Part shown: one piece after another, positions 1 through 9,036 of the stretch | How positions within the stretch are numbered: position 1 is the first letter of the stretch | Layout of the letters: the number at the start of each line of letters is the position of its first letter | Source of the DNA: an uncultured Acidobacteriota bacterium | Lineage (GTDB): Bacteria; Acidobacteriota; Thermoanaerobaculia; Multivoradales; UBA5704 | NCBI GenBank assembly: GCA_963700145.1 | Contig: OY969474.1 | Span: 2,848,001 to 2,912,000, forward strand | DNA: 64,000 nucleotides | Direction: 5' to 3' | Program-made: the position numbers and the translations under genes | Notes under the pieces: generated by a model | What the model saw: the letters and a program-made list of their open reading frames with translations, nothing else | The model's database searches: none | Told to the model about the DNA's origin: nothing

Positions 1-19
1 GGCAGCGCACGAGTTATCT

Positions 20-600
20 CGGACCGTCCGAGATGGATCCCGGGGTGCCGGAGATTCATTGCCGGACCCTGGAGACCTGTCTCGGGGCTCCGGAGATGAA
101 TTGGCCATGGCCCGGGATCTCTCGCCGTGCCGCCGCAACTCATCTTCCATAGCCGGAGATCTATCTCTCACCCTCGGAGACCTCCCTCCGGGCATCCGAG
201 ATGTCCCTCCGGCGACCCACAACCTCTGGCCGTGGTGATGGTCGGCGGCCCGAGAGGAGCTCGTTGCGGCCCTGGAGTGGCGTAACGCCCGCCGGAACTC
301 CGGAATGTCCTCGCGCGACCTGCAGACGCCCCGGTGGAGCCTCCCGATGTCCTCCCGGGACCTTCGGAACCTCCTGCGCGCCCTCCGGAACCTCCTGCGC
401 GACGCCGGGAATCGATTGCGCAACGCCGGGAACTGGTTGCGCGCGCTGCGGAACCTCCTCCGAGCCGCTCGGAAAGGATTCCCGGCGCTCCGCAACCTGT
501 TCCCCGGCCCGCGCAACCCATTCCCACGCTCCGGGAAAGGGTTCCGAAGCCGCCGCAGGACGTTCCACGCCTCCCGCAGGCCATTGGGCGCCGCGCGGAG
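20..600. repeat. Degenerate tandem array with 21-bp period
   Basis: GAGA(T/C) recurs every 21 nt in about 20-210. GGAA/GCAA-centred units such as gcgcgccctccggaacctcct recur every 21 nt in about 355-565. Confidence 0.7.
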
Positions 601-666
601 GCCGGTCGCCGCCGCTCGGCGGGCGTCGCGGAGTTCCCCCTGGGAAGGCCGAGTACAATTCCGACG

Positions 667-1029
667 ATGAACTCGCGGCGCCGCTTCCCCACCGTCGCCT
701 TCGCCCTAACGGCGTGGACGCTGGTGGTGGGCCTGAGCGGTCCCCCCTGCCGCGAGCCGGCTTCCTGCCCGATGGACGAGACCGCCGCGGCGCCGACGTG
801 CGACGGCCTCTCGTCGGACTGCTGCCAGCCGGCCGGTGAGAAGGCGCCGCAGTTGCCGGGGCCGGTCGCGCCGGCGGCGGCACCGCTGGCCATCGCGCCG
901 AGCGCGGCCACCGAGCTGGTCGCCCTCCGCGACGCGCCCCGGCTCCTCGCGGCCGTCGAGCACCCGCCGCCCCTCGCGGTCGTCCGGGGCACCGGCCTCC
1001 ACACCCTCCTCGCCGTCTTCCTGATCTAG
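667..1029 (+). CDS. Small Cys-rich exported or leader protein with CC and PPP motifs, upstream of metal-transport genes
   Basis: MNSRRRFPTVAFALTAW hydrophobic N-terminus, then C..C..C..SDCC, HPPP and a C-terminal LLAVFLI. A TACAAT -10 box lies 7 nt before the ATG. Confidence 0.6.
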   Translation: MNSRRRFPTVAFALTAWTLVVGLSGPPCREPASCPMDETAAAPTCDGLSSDCCQPAGEKAPQLPGPVAPAAAPLAIAPSAATELVALRDAPRLLAAVEHPPPLAVVRGTGLHTLLAVFLI

Positions 1030-1096
1030 CGCTCCCCCCGGGAGAGGTGCGCCCCGCCGCCGTCGCGGCGTGGGTTCTCTCGCCAAGGAGGAGCGC

Positions 1097-1534
1097 ATGC
1101 GAGCTGGATCTCAGAGTCTGCCACCGCCCGGAGCGGCCTCGCCGAAGGTGACGGCGTCGTCGCTGCTGTCTCTCTTCACCTCGCTCGGGACGCTGGTCTG
1201 TTGCGCGCTGCCGTCGCTGCTCGTGCTCGCCGGCCTGGGCGCGACGGTGGCCTCGACGCTCTCGGCCCTCCCCTGGCTCGTCGCCCTGTCGCGGCACAAG
1301 GCGTCGACCTTCGCCGTCGCCGGCGTCCTCATCGCCGGCAACCTCGGCTACGTCTACTGGCTCGCGCCCCGATTGCGCGCCCGGGCCCTCGGCTGCCCAA
1401 TCGACGACCCGGCCGCCTGCCAGGTGGCGAGCCGCTTCAGCCGCCGCGTGCTCTGGCTCTCGGCCGCGCTCTACGGGATCGGCCTCTTTGCGGCGTACCT
1501 GCTCGGGCCCCTGCTCGCGAGGTTCGCGTCGTGA
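1097..1534 (+). CDS. MerT/MerF-like inner-membrane heavy-metal transporter
   Basis: TLVCCALP Cys pair in TM1, about 3-4 TM segments, second Cys pair (CPIDDPAAC). RBS AGGAGGAG. Confidence 0.8.
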   Translation: MRAGSQSLPPPGAASPKVTASSLLSLFTSLGTLVCCALPSLLVLAGLGATVASTLSALPWLVALSRHKASTFAVAGVLIAGNLGYVYWLAPRLRARALGCPIDDPAACQVASRFSRRVLWLSAALYGIGLFAAYLLGPLLARFAS

Positions 1535-2400
1535 GCGCGCGAGTGCGCACGACGCTCGCCGCGGCGCTCGGTCTCGCGCTCGCCGCCTCCCCGCTCGCCG
1601 CCGCCGGACACGGCCCGGTGTACGGGCTCGCCACGCCGACGCTCGGGCAGGGGCTGTGGAGCCTGGACGTCGCCGCCATGGGGCGCTCGGGGGGCGCGGG
1701 CGAGATGGCGATGGTGCGGCCGATGCTCGGCTACGGCTTGACCGAGGACCTCCAGGTCTCCGTCTCGCTGCCGCTGTCGCTCGACGACGACCCGGGGGTG
1801 CCGCCGGCGCGGATGATGGCGATGATGCCGGGGGTCCGCGACGCCGAGCTCCTCCTCGGCTGGCGCTTCCACCGCCGGGCGCTCGGCGTCGGCGCGCGCT
1901 TCGAGTCGACCGCCTACCTCGGCCTCGAGGTCCCGACCGACGACGTCCGCGCCGGCGTGCGCACCGCGCCGGGGATCCTCGGCGGCCTTGCCACCGGCTA
2001 CGCCTCGCGCAGCCACTACGCCTGGGGCGGCGCCCAGGTCCAGCGCGCGGCGAGCGCGCGCGGCGGCGACCGCACCGGCGACATGGCGATCTGGAGCCTG
2101 GTCTACGGCTACCGGCCGCAGCGCTTCCGCGAGGAGCTCCCACACGCCGACTGGCGCTGGTTCGTCGAGCTGGTGGGCGAATACCGCGGGCGCGACGAGA
2201 TCGCCGGCCGCGCGCTGGCCGACACCGGCGGCCACGAGGTCTTCCTCGGCCCGACGGTGCTCGGGCTCTTCGGGCCCTGGGGCGTCTCCGGCGGCCCGCT
2301 CTTCCCCGTCCACAGCGACCTCCACGGCGACCAGCCGGAGGAGGACGTCCGCTTCGTCGTCAACTTCAGCTACTGGTTCGTACCGAGGAGCACGCCATGA
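1531..2400 (+). CDS. Putative outer-membrane beta-barrel transporter
   Basis: Signal peptide, alternating beta-strand pattern, Met-rich loop (RMMAMM), near-terminal VNFSYWF. GTGA overlap with the upstream gene. Confidence 0.65.
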   Translation: MSARVRTTLAAALGLALAASPLAAAGHGPVYGLATPTLGQGLWSLDVAAMGRSGGAGEMAMVRPMLGYGLTEDLQVSVSLPLSLDDDPGVPPARMMAMMPGVRDAELLLGWRFHRRALGVGARFESTAYLGLEVPTDDVRAGVRTAPGILGGLATGYASRSHYAWGGAQVQRAASARGGDRTGDMAIWSLVYGYRPQRFREELPHADWRWFVELVGEYRGRDEIAGRALADTGGHEVFLGPTVLGLFGPWGVSGGPLFPVHSDLHGDQPEEDVRFVVNFSYWFVPRSTP

Positions 2401-2909
2401 AACGACTCGTTCTGCTCTCGCTCCTGCTCACCTTGCTCGCCCCCGCCGCCGCGGCGCGCGCCGAGCTGCTGCGCATGCAGCAGGTCCTCTTCGGCATGGA
2501 CTGAGCGGTCTGCGCCCACGCCGTGCGCGTGGCGATGCAGAAGATCAAAGGCGTGGAGAAAGTCGAGGTCTCGCTCAACCGCGGCGTCGTCGACCTCACC
2601 TTCCGCCCCGGCAACACCGCGACGGTCGAAGCGGTGCGGCAGGTGGCGATCGACGGCGGCTTCGCGCCCAAGGACGCCGAGGTGCGGATCGCCGGCACGA
2701 TCGTCCACCGCGGCCAGCCCGGGCTCGCGGTCAAGGGCCTCGACGTCGTCTACCTGCTCGTCGACCACCCGAGCGCCAAGGGCCTCGCCAAGCGCCTGCA
2801 CGGCGAGCACGCCGGGAAGGACGTGGTGCTGCGCGGCGTGGTTCCGGAAACCCGGAAGGCAGGGGAGCCGCGCGTGCTGCAGGTCCAGGAACTGGTGCGG
2901 CGCGATTAG
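2397..2909 (+). CDS. Secreted heavy-metal-associated (HMA/MerP-like) protein, probable selenoprotein with Sec at codon 36
   Basis: ATG 2397 has RBS GAGGAG and an ATGA overlap. A signal peptide is followed by FGMD-TGA(2502-2504)-AVCAHAV...IKGVEKVEVSL, in frame with ORF 2523..2909. This is GMxCxxC with UGA at the first Cys. Confidence 0.85.
2509..2541 (+). promoter_or_regulatory. Candidate bacterial SECIS element
   Basis: Lower stem TCTGC/GCAGA, upper stem CCACGC/GCGTGG. Loop CGTGC begins 17 nt after the TGA and has G at position 2 followed by U. Confidence 0.7.
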
Positions 2910-3112
2910 CGGAAGACCACCTGCCGGAGGCTCTTGTCCTTGTCCTCGAGCAGGATCTTGTTGCCCTTCTCGACCTCGTCGTGGAGGAACTTCTCGGTGG
3001 CGATCGCCTGGCGGACGACTTCGGCCATCGTCACGCCGCGTTTGGCGGCGATCTGCTTGAGGGCCTCGACGGCGGGTTCGGGGAGGTTGAGCGAGGTCTT
3101 GACGTAGCTCAT
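2906..3112 (-). CDS. Ribbon-helix-helix (CopG-like) protein
   Basis: KTSLNLPEPAVEALKQIAAKRGVTMAEVVRQAI fits the RHH pattern. TACAGT lies 7 nt upstream of the ATG. Confidence 0.75.
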   Translation of the reverse strand: MSYVKTSLNLPEPAVEALKQIAAKRGVTMAEVVRQAIATEKFLHDEVEKGNKILLEDKDKSLRQVVFR

Positions 3113-3210
3113 GGGCGGTACTGTAGGCACCTAATAGCCGCCCGTCAATGTGGGGATCCGCGTTGACTCCTCCTATGCATGGGACTACACTCCGGACTCG
3201 TAGGACCAGA

Positions 3211-5127
3211 ATGCCGATGACCCCCCTCCGGCACAGCGCCACCGTCCTCGCTCTCCTCCTCGCAGGAGCGGCGAGCGCCGCGGCGGCGGAGCCGGCGCGA
3301 CAGGCGGCGGTGGCCGGGCGGGTGGTCGGCAAGACCGCCCCGCTTTCCGCGGCCGGCGTCTACGCCTATCAGCTCGCCGATCTCAGCCTGCGCAAGGTGA
3401 CGACGGACGCGCAGGGCAATTTCCTCTTCCGCGATCTCCCCGCGGGCCTCTACAAAGTCATCGCCCACAAGGCCGGTTTCCTGCCGGCGGTCGTGCTGCT
3501 GACCCGCACGACGGCGCAGACCTATCAGTTCGTCGAGCTGAACCTCGCCGCGAACGACCCCGGCGAGCGGCTGGCCGGCGAGGACTTCTGGTCGCTGCGC
3601 GCGCGCATCCCGGCCGACGTGCTGCACGAGATCGAGATGGAAGAGGTGCAGCGCCTGGCCTTCGCCGCCAGCTCCGACGGCGCCAGCGCCTCGTTCGAGG
3701 ACGCGCCCTTCGCCGCCGAGATGACGGCGATGACCGGCGTCGATCAGGGCGCCGGCATGGCCGAGGGCACGATCAGCGGCGGGCGCGTCGGGGTCGAGGG
3801 GCGGCTCGGCGAGATCCGCGTCGGCCTCTCCGGCGACTTCTGGACGCTCGGCCCGACCGCGGCCGGCGGCGCGCGCGGCACGGCCATGGCCGACGCCGAG
3901 GCGAGCGTCGTCTCGCTGGAGGTGGCCGCCGGGCCCGACAGCCGCGTCGCGCTGATGACCCGCAGCAACCGCCTGGTGCCGTCGCGCGACGGCAACGGCC
4001 TCGAGGCGCCGGTCGGGCTCGACCAGTACCAGGTGAGCTGGTCGCAGGCGCTCGGCGAACGCGGCCACTCCGAGGTTTCGGCGAACTACACCAGCGAGAA
4101 CAACTACCACCGCCACGGCGGCCTCGGCCCGATCGGCATCCCGCGCGCCTCGCGCACCTGGGGCTTCGAGGGCTCCTACGCGACGGCGCTCGGCGAGCGC
4201 TCCCACCTCGACACCGGCCTGCGCTACCGCGAGCGGCAGGCGGCGGGCTTCGAGGGCCTGGTGATGCCCGAGGTGGACCAGCGGGTGGACGTCTTCGGCA
4301 GCGGCGGCGTGCGCCTGCAGCCGGCGGTGCTCGTCGAGTACGGCCTCTACACGACGCTGCGCGACGGCAGCGTCTCGCTGACCCCGCGCGGCGGCGTCGT
4401 CGTCCAGCTCGGCCCCTCCTGGCAGGCCGAGGGCTCGGTCTCCCAGCGCGTCTACGAGGACCCGGCGCTCACCGGCCTCCAGGACTTCGTGCCGACGATG
4501 TACCAGGAGCCCGAGACCTGCGAGCAGTCGGGCGACGCCTGCTACGAGCTGTCGCTCTCCCGCCAGGCGAGCGAAGAGGACCTCTTCACGGTCTCGGCGG
4601 TGCAGCGGACGCTCGGCGAGACGCTGCGGCTCTACTTCAGCGAGGACTTCTTCGACCGGCTCGACAGCCTCTATCTCGTCGGCGGCGACACCCTGCGCGA
4701 GGTGCAGATGGCCTGGAGCCACCGCGTCGCGCCGCAGGTCGTGACCCGCTTCGAGTCGAGCGTCGCCGAGGGCGGCGGCGGCATCTTCCACGCCACCGAC
4801 GACCAGCCCTACGAGAACCGCGTGCGCTGGTCGGTGTCGTCGCTCGACACGCAGTTCCAGGCCACCTCGACCGGCGTCTTCCTCGCCTTCCACCAGCTCG
4901 CCCAGGAGCTGCGCCCGGCGGGCAGCGGCGCGCCCCCGGCGCCGCGCAAGATGGAGCGGCTGCAGGTGCTCCTCTCCCAGGACCTCAACGTCCTGCTCGA
5001 CCTCGCGGCCGACTGGGCCGTGCAGCTCAACATGGAGCTCTCCCGCGGTGCCACCTCGGCCGCCGCCCCGCCGGACGAAGAGAGCCTCCGCCGCCGCATC
5101 ATGGGCGGCATCGCAGTTAAGTTCTAG
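3211..5127 (+). CDS. Outer-membrane protein with N-terminal carboxypeptidase-regulatory-like domain
   Basis: Signal peptide, TTDAQGNFLFRDLPAGLYKV motif, beta-rich body, C-terminal Phe (IAVKF). Confidence 0.65.
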   Translation: MPMTPLRHSATVLALLLAGAASAAAAEPARQAAVAGRVVGKTAPLSAAGVYAYQLADLSLRKVTTDAQGNFLFRDLPAGLYKVIAHKAGFLPAVVLLTRTTAQTYQFVELNLAANDPGERLAGEDFWSLRARIPADVLHEIEMEEVQRLAFAASSDGASASFEDAPFAAEMTAMTGVDQGAGMAEGTISGGRVGVEGRLGEIRVGLSGDFWTLGPTAAGGARGTAMADAEASVVSLEVAAGPDSRVALMTRSNRLVPSRDGNGLEAPVGLDQYQVSWSQALGERGHSEVSANYTSENNYHRHGGLGPIGIPRASRTWGFEGSYATALGERSHLDTGLRYRERQAAGFEGLVMPEVDQRVDVFGSGGVRLQPAVLVEYGLYTTLRDGSVSLTPRGGVVVQLGPSWQAEGSVSQRVYEDPALTGLQDFVPTMYQEPETCEQSGDACYELSLSRQASEEDLFTVSAVQRTLGETLRLYFSEDFFDRLDSLYLVGGDTLREVQMAWSHRVAPQVVTRFESSVAEGGGGIFHATDDQPYENRVRWSVSSLDTQFQATSTGVFLAFHQLAQELRPAGSGAPPAPRKMERLQVLLSQDLNVLLDLAADWAVQLNMELSRGATSAAAPPDEESLRRRIMGGIAVKF

Positions 5128-5163
5128 CAAGGTCTCGCCTTCGGCTCGACCTCGCTGCGGTCG

Positions 5164-5191
5164 CTTGAGCGGGCGCACTGGCCCGCTCAAG
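5164..5191. terminator. Intergenic hairpin
   Basis: Perfect 11-bp stem, CTTGAGCGGGC-gcactg-GCCCGCTCAAG. No clear U-tract. Confidence 0.45.
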
Positions 5192-5250
5192 GGAGCTAAC
5201 CGCGCGCGGTATCATCCGCTCCCGTCCCGCCAACGGAGAAAGAGCCCAGG

Positions 5251-7371
5251 ATGACGCGAGCCCCCCAGGACGACGTGGTGCGCAAGCTGCGCGAGCTGGC
5301 GCACAACCTCTGGTGGACCTGGCAACCCGACATCCGCGCCCTCTTCCGCGAGCTCGAGCCCGAGCTCTGGCGCATCGGCCACCACAACCCGGTGGCCATC
5401 CTCTCCCGGCTCGAGCCCGACGACATCGAGCGGCGGGTGCACGACCTCGAGATGCTCACCCGCGTCAACCAGGCGCACCGCCGCCTCGGCGACTACCTGG
5501 CGGGGGACGCCTGGGGCCTCATCCACGCCGGGCCGCTGCGGGCGCGGCCGGTGGCCTACTTCTCGGCCGAGTTCGGCATCCACCAGTCGCTGCCGATCTA
5601 CTCGGGCGGCCTCGGCGTGCTGGCCGGCGACCACCTGAAGAGCATGAGCGACCTCGGGATCGGCGTCGTGGGGGTGGGGATCCTCTACCACGAGGGGTAC
5701 GTGCACCAGCACCTCGACGCCGCCGGCTGGCAGCAAGACAGCTACGAGCCGATCGCCGCACACGAGATGCCGCTCGATGCGGTGGCCGACGAAGCCGGCG
5801 CGCCGGTGCGGGTGACGGTCGGGCTGCCGGGGAGGGACGTGGCGCTGCGCGTCTGGCGGGTCTGGGTGGGGCGGAGCCAGCTCCTCCTTCTCGACGCGCG
5901 CGACGACGCCAACGCGCCGGCCGACCAGGAGCTCACCGCGCGGCTCTACGGCGGCGACCAGGAGACCCGCATCCAGCAGGAGATGCTCCTGGGCGTCGGC
6001 GGCTACCGCGCGCTGCGCGCGGTGGGGCATACGCCGTCGGTGCTGCACCTGAACGAAGGGCACTCGGCCTTCGCCCTCCTCGAGCGGGCGCGCGAGATCG
6101 TCGAGCTGCAGGGCCTTTCGGCCGCCGACGCGCTGCGCGAGGTGGCGGCGGCGAGCGTCTTCACCACGCACACGCCGGTCGAGGCCGGGCACGACCGCTT
6201 CCTCTCCGAGCTGGCGGGCCGCCACCTGGAGGGGCTGGCGCGCGGCCTGGGGCTCGACTTGGAGGCGCTCCTCGCCCTCGGCCGCGAGCGCCCGGCCGAC
6301 CCCGCCTCGCCCTTCTGCCCCACCGTCCTGGCGCTCAACCTGTCGCGCAAGGCCAACGGCGTCTCGGCCATCCACGGCCGGGTGGCGCGGCGCATGTGGC
6401 GGCACCTCTGGCCGGAGCGCAGCGAGGAGGAGGTGCCGATCGGCCACGTCACCAACGGCATTCACGTCAAGACCTGGCTCGCCGCCGACATGCAGCAGCT
6501 CTACGAGCACTACCTGTCGCCGGCCTGGGCCGACTCGCTCACCCGCCCCGACCTCTGGCGGGAGATCGAGAAGGTGCCGGACGCCGAGCTGTGGGAGGTC
6601 CACCAGGTGCTCAAGGCGCGCCTCTTCGCCTTCGTCGAGCGGCGGCGCGCCGAGCGCTGGGAGCGGCTGGGGCTGCCGGCGGGCCGGCCGCTCGACCAGG
6701 ACGCCCTGACCCTGGGCTTCGCCCGCCGCTTCGCCACCTACAAGCGGGCCGACATCCTCTTCCGCGACCTGGAGCGTCTGGCGCGGCTGGTCGGCGACCC
6801 CGAGCGACCGGTGCAGATCATCTTCGCCGGCAAGGCCCACCCCGCCGACGGCGCCGGCAAGGAGCTGGCGCAGCGCGTCTCGCAGCTCGGCCAGGACCCG
6901 CGCTTCGCCGGGCGCATCGTCTTCGTCGAGAACTACACGATGCACGTCGGCCGGCAGCTCGTGCAGGGCGTGGACGCCTGGCTCAACACCCCGCGCCGGC
7001 CGCAGGAGGCGTGCGGCACGAGCGGCCAGAAGGTGATCTTGAACGGCGGGCTCAACGTCTCGATCCTCGACGGCTGGTGGGCCGAGGCCTTCGAAGGCGG
7101 CAACGGCTTCGCCATCGGCGGCGGCGAGGTGCACGCCGACCCGGCGGTCCAGGACCGGAACGACGCCGAGGCGCTCCTCGCGGTCCTGGAGAAGGAGGTC
7201 GTGCCGCTCTACTACGCGCGCGACGAGGAAGGCATCCCCCGCGGCTGGATCGCCCGCGTCAAGCGGGCCATCCAGACCCTCGCCTGGCGCTACAACGCCG
7301 ACCGCATGGTCAAGGACTACGTCGGGCAGGCCTACCTGCCCGCCGCCGGGGGGAGCACCTGCCGGATGTAG
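5251..7371 (+). CDS. glgP: Alpha-glucan (glycogen) phosphorylase
   Basis: AYFSAEFG, YSGGLGVLAGDHLKS, HLNEGH, ARRFATYKR and the PLP motif EACGTSGQK. Confidence 0.95.
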   Translation: MTRAPQDDVVRKLRELAHNLWWTWQPDIRALFRELEPELWRIGHHNPVAILSRLEPDDIERRVHDLEMLTRVNQAHRRLGDYLAGDAWGLIHAGPLRARPVAYFSAEFGIHQSLPIYSGGLGVLAGDHLKSMSDLGIGVVGVGILYHEGYVHQHLDAAGWQQDSYEPIAAHEMPLDAVADEAGAPVRVTVGLPGRDVALRVWRVWVGRSQLLLLDARDDANAPADQELTARLYGGDQETRIQQEMLLGVGGYRALRAVGHTPSVLHLNEGHSAFALLERAREIVELQGLSAADALREVAAASVFTTHTPVEAGHDRFLSELAGRHLEGLARGLGLDLEALLALGRERPADPASPFCPTVLALNLSRKANGVSAIHGRVARRMWRHLWPERSEEEVPIGHVTNGIHVKTWLAADMQQLYEHYLSPAWADSLTRPDLWREIEKVPDAELWEVHQVLKARLFAFVERRRAERWERLGLPAGRPLDQDALTLGFARRFATYKRADILFRDLERLARLVGDPERPVQIIFAGKAHPADGAGKELAQRVSQLGQDPRFAGRIVFVENYTMHVGRQLVQGVDAWLNTPRRPQEACGTSGQKVILNGGLNVSILDGWWAEAFEGGNGFAIGGGEVHADPAVQDRNDAEALLAVLEKEVVPLYYARDEEGIPRGWIARVKRAIQTLAWRYNADRMVKDYVGQAYLPAAGGSTCRM

Positions 7372-7374
7372 CGG

Positions 7375-8139
7375 TCAGCTCGGGCGCGCGAAGAGCGCCG
7401 GCTCGAGCGGCGGGTTGACCTCCGCTTTCGTGATCGTCGCGGTCTGGAGCACCTGGCCGGTCGCCAGGTCGATCTGGATCGAGCGGAACGGCTTGAGCGT
7501 GCCGCCGAGCGGCCGGTAGTCGCTCCAGACGGTCTCCAGCCGCTTGACAGTCGGGTCGAGGTCGGGGTGGAGCGCCCGCTCGTCCTGCGCGCGGGTGATG
7601 AGGTGGGTCGCCGGATCCAGGGTGTACCGCATCTCCCAGCCGTCGCTCAGCACCAGGCGGAGCGCGTGGCCGCCGGCCAGCTCGACCCGGTGGCCGCGCG
7701 CGGCCATCTCGTGCAGGCCGAGGATGTTGGTGGGGTACTGCGTGCCGTGCCAGAGAGCTGCACTCCCTTCCGGAGTGGCGTCGCGCGCCGGCTCGCCGTC
7801 GCCGCCGAGCTGCCAGCCGCTCCGGCCGTCGAAGGCCTCGGTGAAGACCCGCTCCTCGCCGGAGTACACGTCGATCCGCATCCGGCCCAGGCGGTCCACA
7901 ACATAGGTGGCGCGGACGGTGAACGCCGGCTCGACGATGTCGAGCTCGTAGCGCAGGCTGTCGATCCCCTCGATGGCCGCGGCGCCGCCCAGCGCCCGCG
8001 TGTGCCGCGCGACGACCTCGGCGAGCGACGGCTCAGGGACGCGGCGCGCGCTCGCGGGGCCGGCAGCGGCACAGTCAAGGGCGAGCGGAAGGAGAAACAG
8101 AGGCAGAAACCGGACAAGGGCACAACGCGACGTGCGCAT
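7375..8139 (-). CDS. Exported hypothetical protein (lipoprotein-sorting-like fold)
   Basis: Signal peptide, ARHTRALGGAAAI start, C-terminal SDYRPLGG..PF..EVNPPLEPALFARP. Confidence 0.6.
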   Translation of the reverse strand: MRTSRCALVRFLPLFLLPLALDCAAAGPASARRVPEPSLAEVVARHTRALGGAAAIEGIDSLRYELDIVEPAFTVRATYVVDRLGRMRIDVYSGEERVFTEAFDGRSGWQLGGDGEPARDATPEGSAALWHGTQYPTNILGLHEMAARGHRVELAGGHALRLVLSDGWEMRYTLDPATHLITRAQDERALHPDLDPTVKRLETVWSDYRPLGGTLKPFRSIQIDLATGQVLQTATITKAEVNPPLEPALFARPS

Positions 8140-8174
8140 GCCGCATTAGACGTGCGGATGCAGCGCCAGTTGGG

Positions 8175-8582
8175 CTAGCAGCGCGCCCGCACGGCGCTGG
8201 CGAAGGCGAGGAGGTCGTCGAGGCGGTTGATGACGACCGACTCGACGATCCCGAGGTTCAGCGAGTCGTAGTCGTGGACCAGGACGTTGCGGAAGCTGGC
8301 CATCTCCTGAAGCGCCGCGGCCAGCTCGGGGGCGAGCCAGCCGGCGCGGCGCAGGAGATCGAAGAGGTCGCGGTTCGCGCCGGGCTCGCCCAGGCGCTCG
8401 TCGGAGACGACGTGCGAGGCGACGTCGAGCGCCGCTTCGATCGCCAGATGCAGGGTGCGAGTCACGAACCGCTCTTCGCGGACGTCCTCGTGCAGGCGGT
8501 CCAGCCGCGACATGGTGCGCAGCTCGCGCACGTACGTCTCGACCGCAGCCAGCTTCTTGAAGACCAGGTCGCGGTCGGTCAT
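8175..8582 (-). CDS. HEPN (DUF86/HepT-like) RNase toxin
   Basis: Rx4H motif FRNVLVHDY. Coupled to the upstream nucleotidyltransferase. Confidence 0.9.
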   Translation of the reverse strand: MTDRDLVFKKLAAVETYVRELRTMSRLDRLHEDVREERFVTRTLHLAIEAALDVASHVVSDERLGEPGANRDLFDLLRRAGWLAPELAAALQEMASFRNVLVHDYDSLNLGIVESVVINRLDDLLAFASAVRARC

Positions 8583-8989
8583 CCCTCGGCGGGCATGCGG
8601 CGGTAGCGGCGCAGGATGGGCTGGAGGTCGAAGAACTCGCGGCGGGCCTTGACCTCGAAGGCGATGCGGCGCGAGGGGTTGCGGTCGAGGAGCAGGCGGC
8701 CGTCCCGCAGCACGCGGTGGATCAGGTCGACCGGGGCGCGGTCGAGGACCGTCACTTGGATCGGGACACCTAGGCGGCGTTCCAGCTCGCCCTGGAGGCG
8801 CAGGTAGAGGCCCGCGAGGCCCGGCGGCGGCCCGGCCGCCGTGAGCACCGCGACGTCGACATCGCTCGCAGCACCTGCCTCGCCGCGCGCCACGCTGCCG
8901 AAGAGGTAGGCCGTGACGATCCCCTCCGCCGCCGCGGGCGAGGCGGCGAAGAAGTCACACAGGCGGCGCTCGATCGTCGCGGCGTCCAC
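8579..8989 (-). CDS. Minimal nucleotidyltransferase (MntA-like) antitoxin
   Basis: YLFGSVARG...SDVDVAV motif. GTG start lies 6 nt after TATACT. Confidence 0.88.
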   Translation of the reverse strand: MDAATIERRLCDFFAASPAAAEGIVTAYLFGSVARGEAGAASDVDVAVLTAAGPPPGLAGLYLRLQGELERRLGVPIQVTVLDRAPVDLIHRVLRDGRLLLDRNPSRRIAFEVKARREFFDLQPILRRYRRMPAEG

Positions 8990-9036
8990 GACGGCAGTAT
9001 ACGCGCCGGTCCCGGCCGCCCCGAGGCGCCCGCTGC

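Noticed and set aside
161-2143. Long Arg/Gly/Ala-rich ORFs here and throughout (e.g. 3145-5190, 5212-7134, 24522-26234, 41384-43378)
   Set aside because: They are shadow or antisense frames of real genes in high-GC DNA and have no recognisable motifs.
2502-2504. TGA as a simple nonsense mutation (pseudogene)
   Set aside because: Its position at the metal-binding Cys, the adjacent SECIS-like hairpin and selA favour Sec. A nonsense mutation cannot be fully excluded without homologs.
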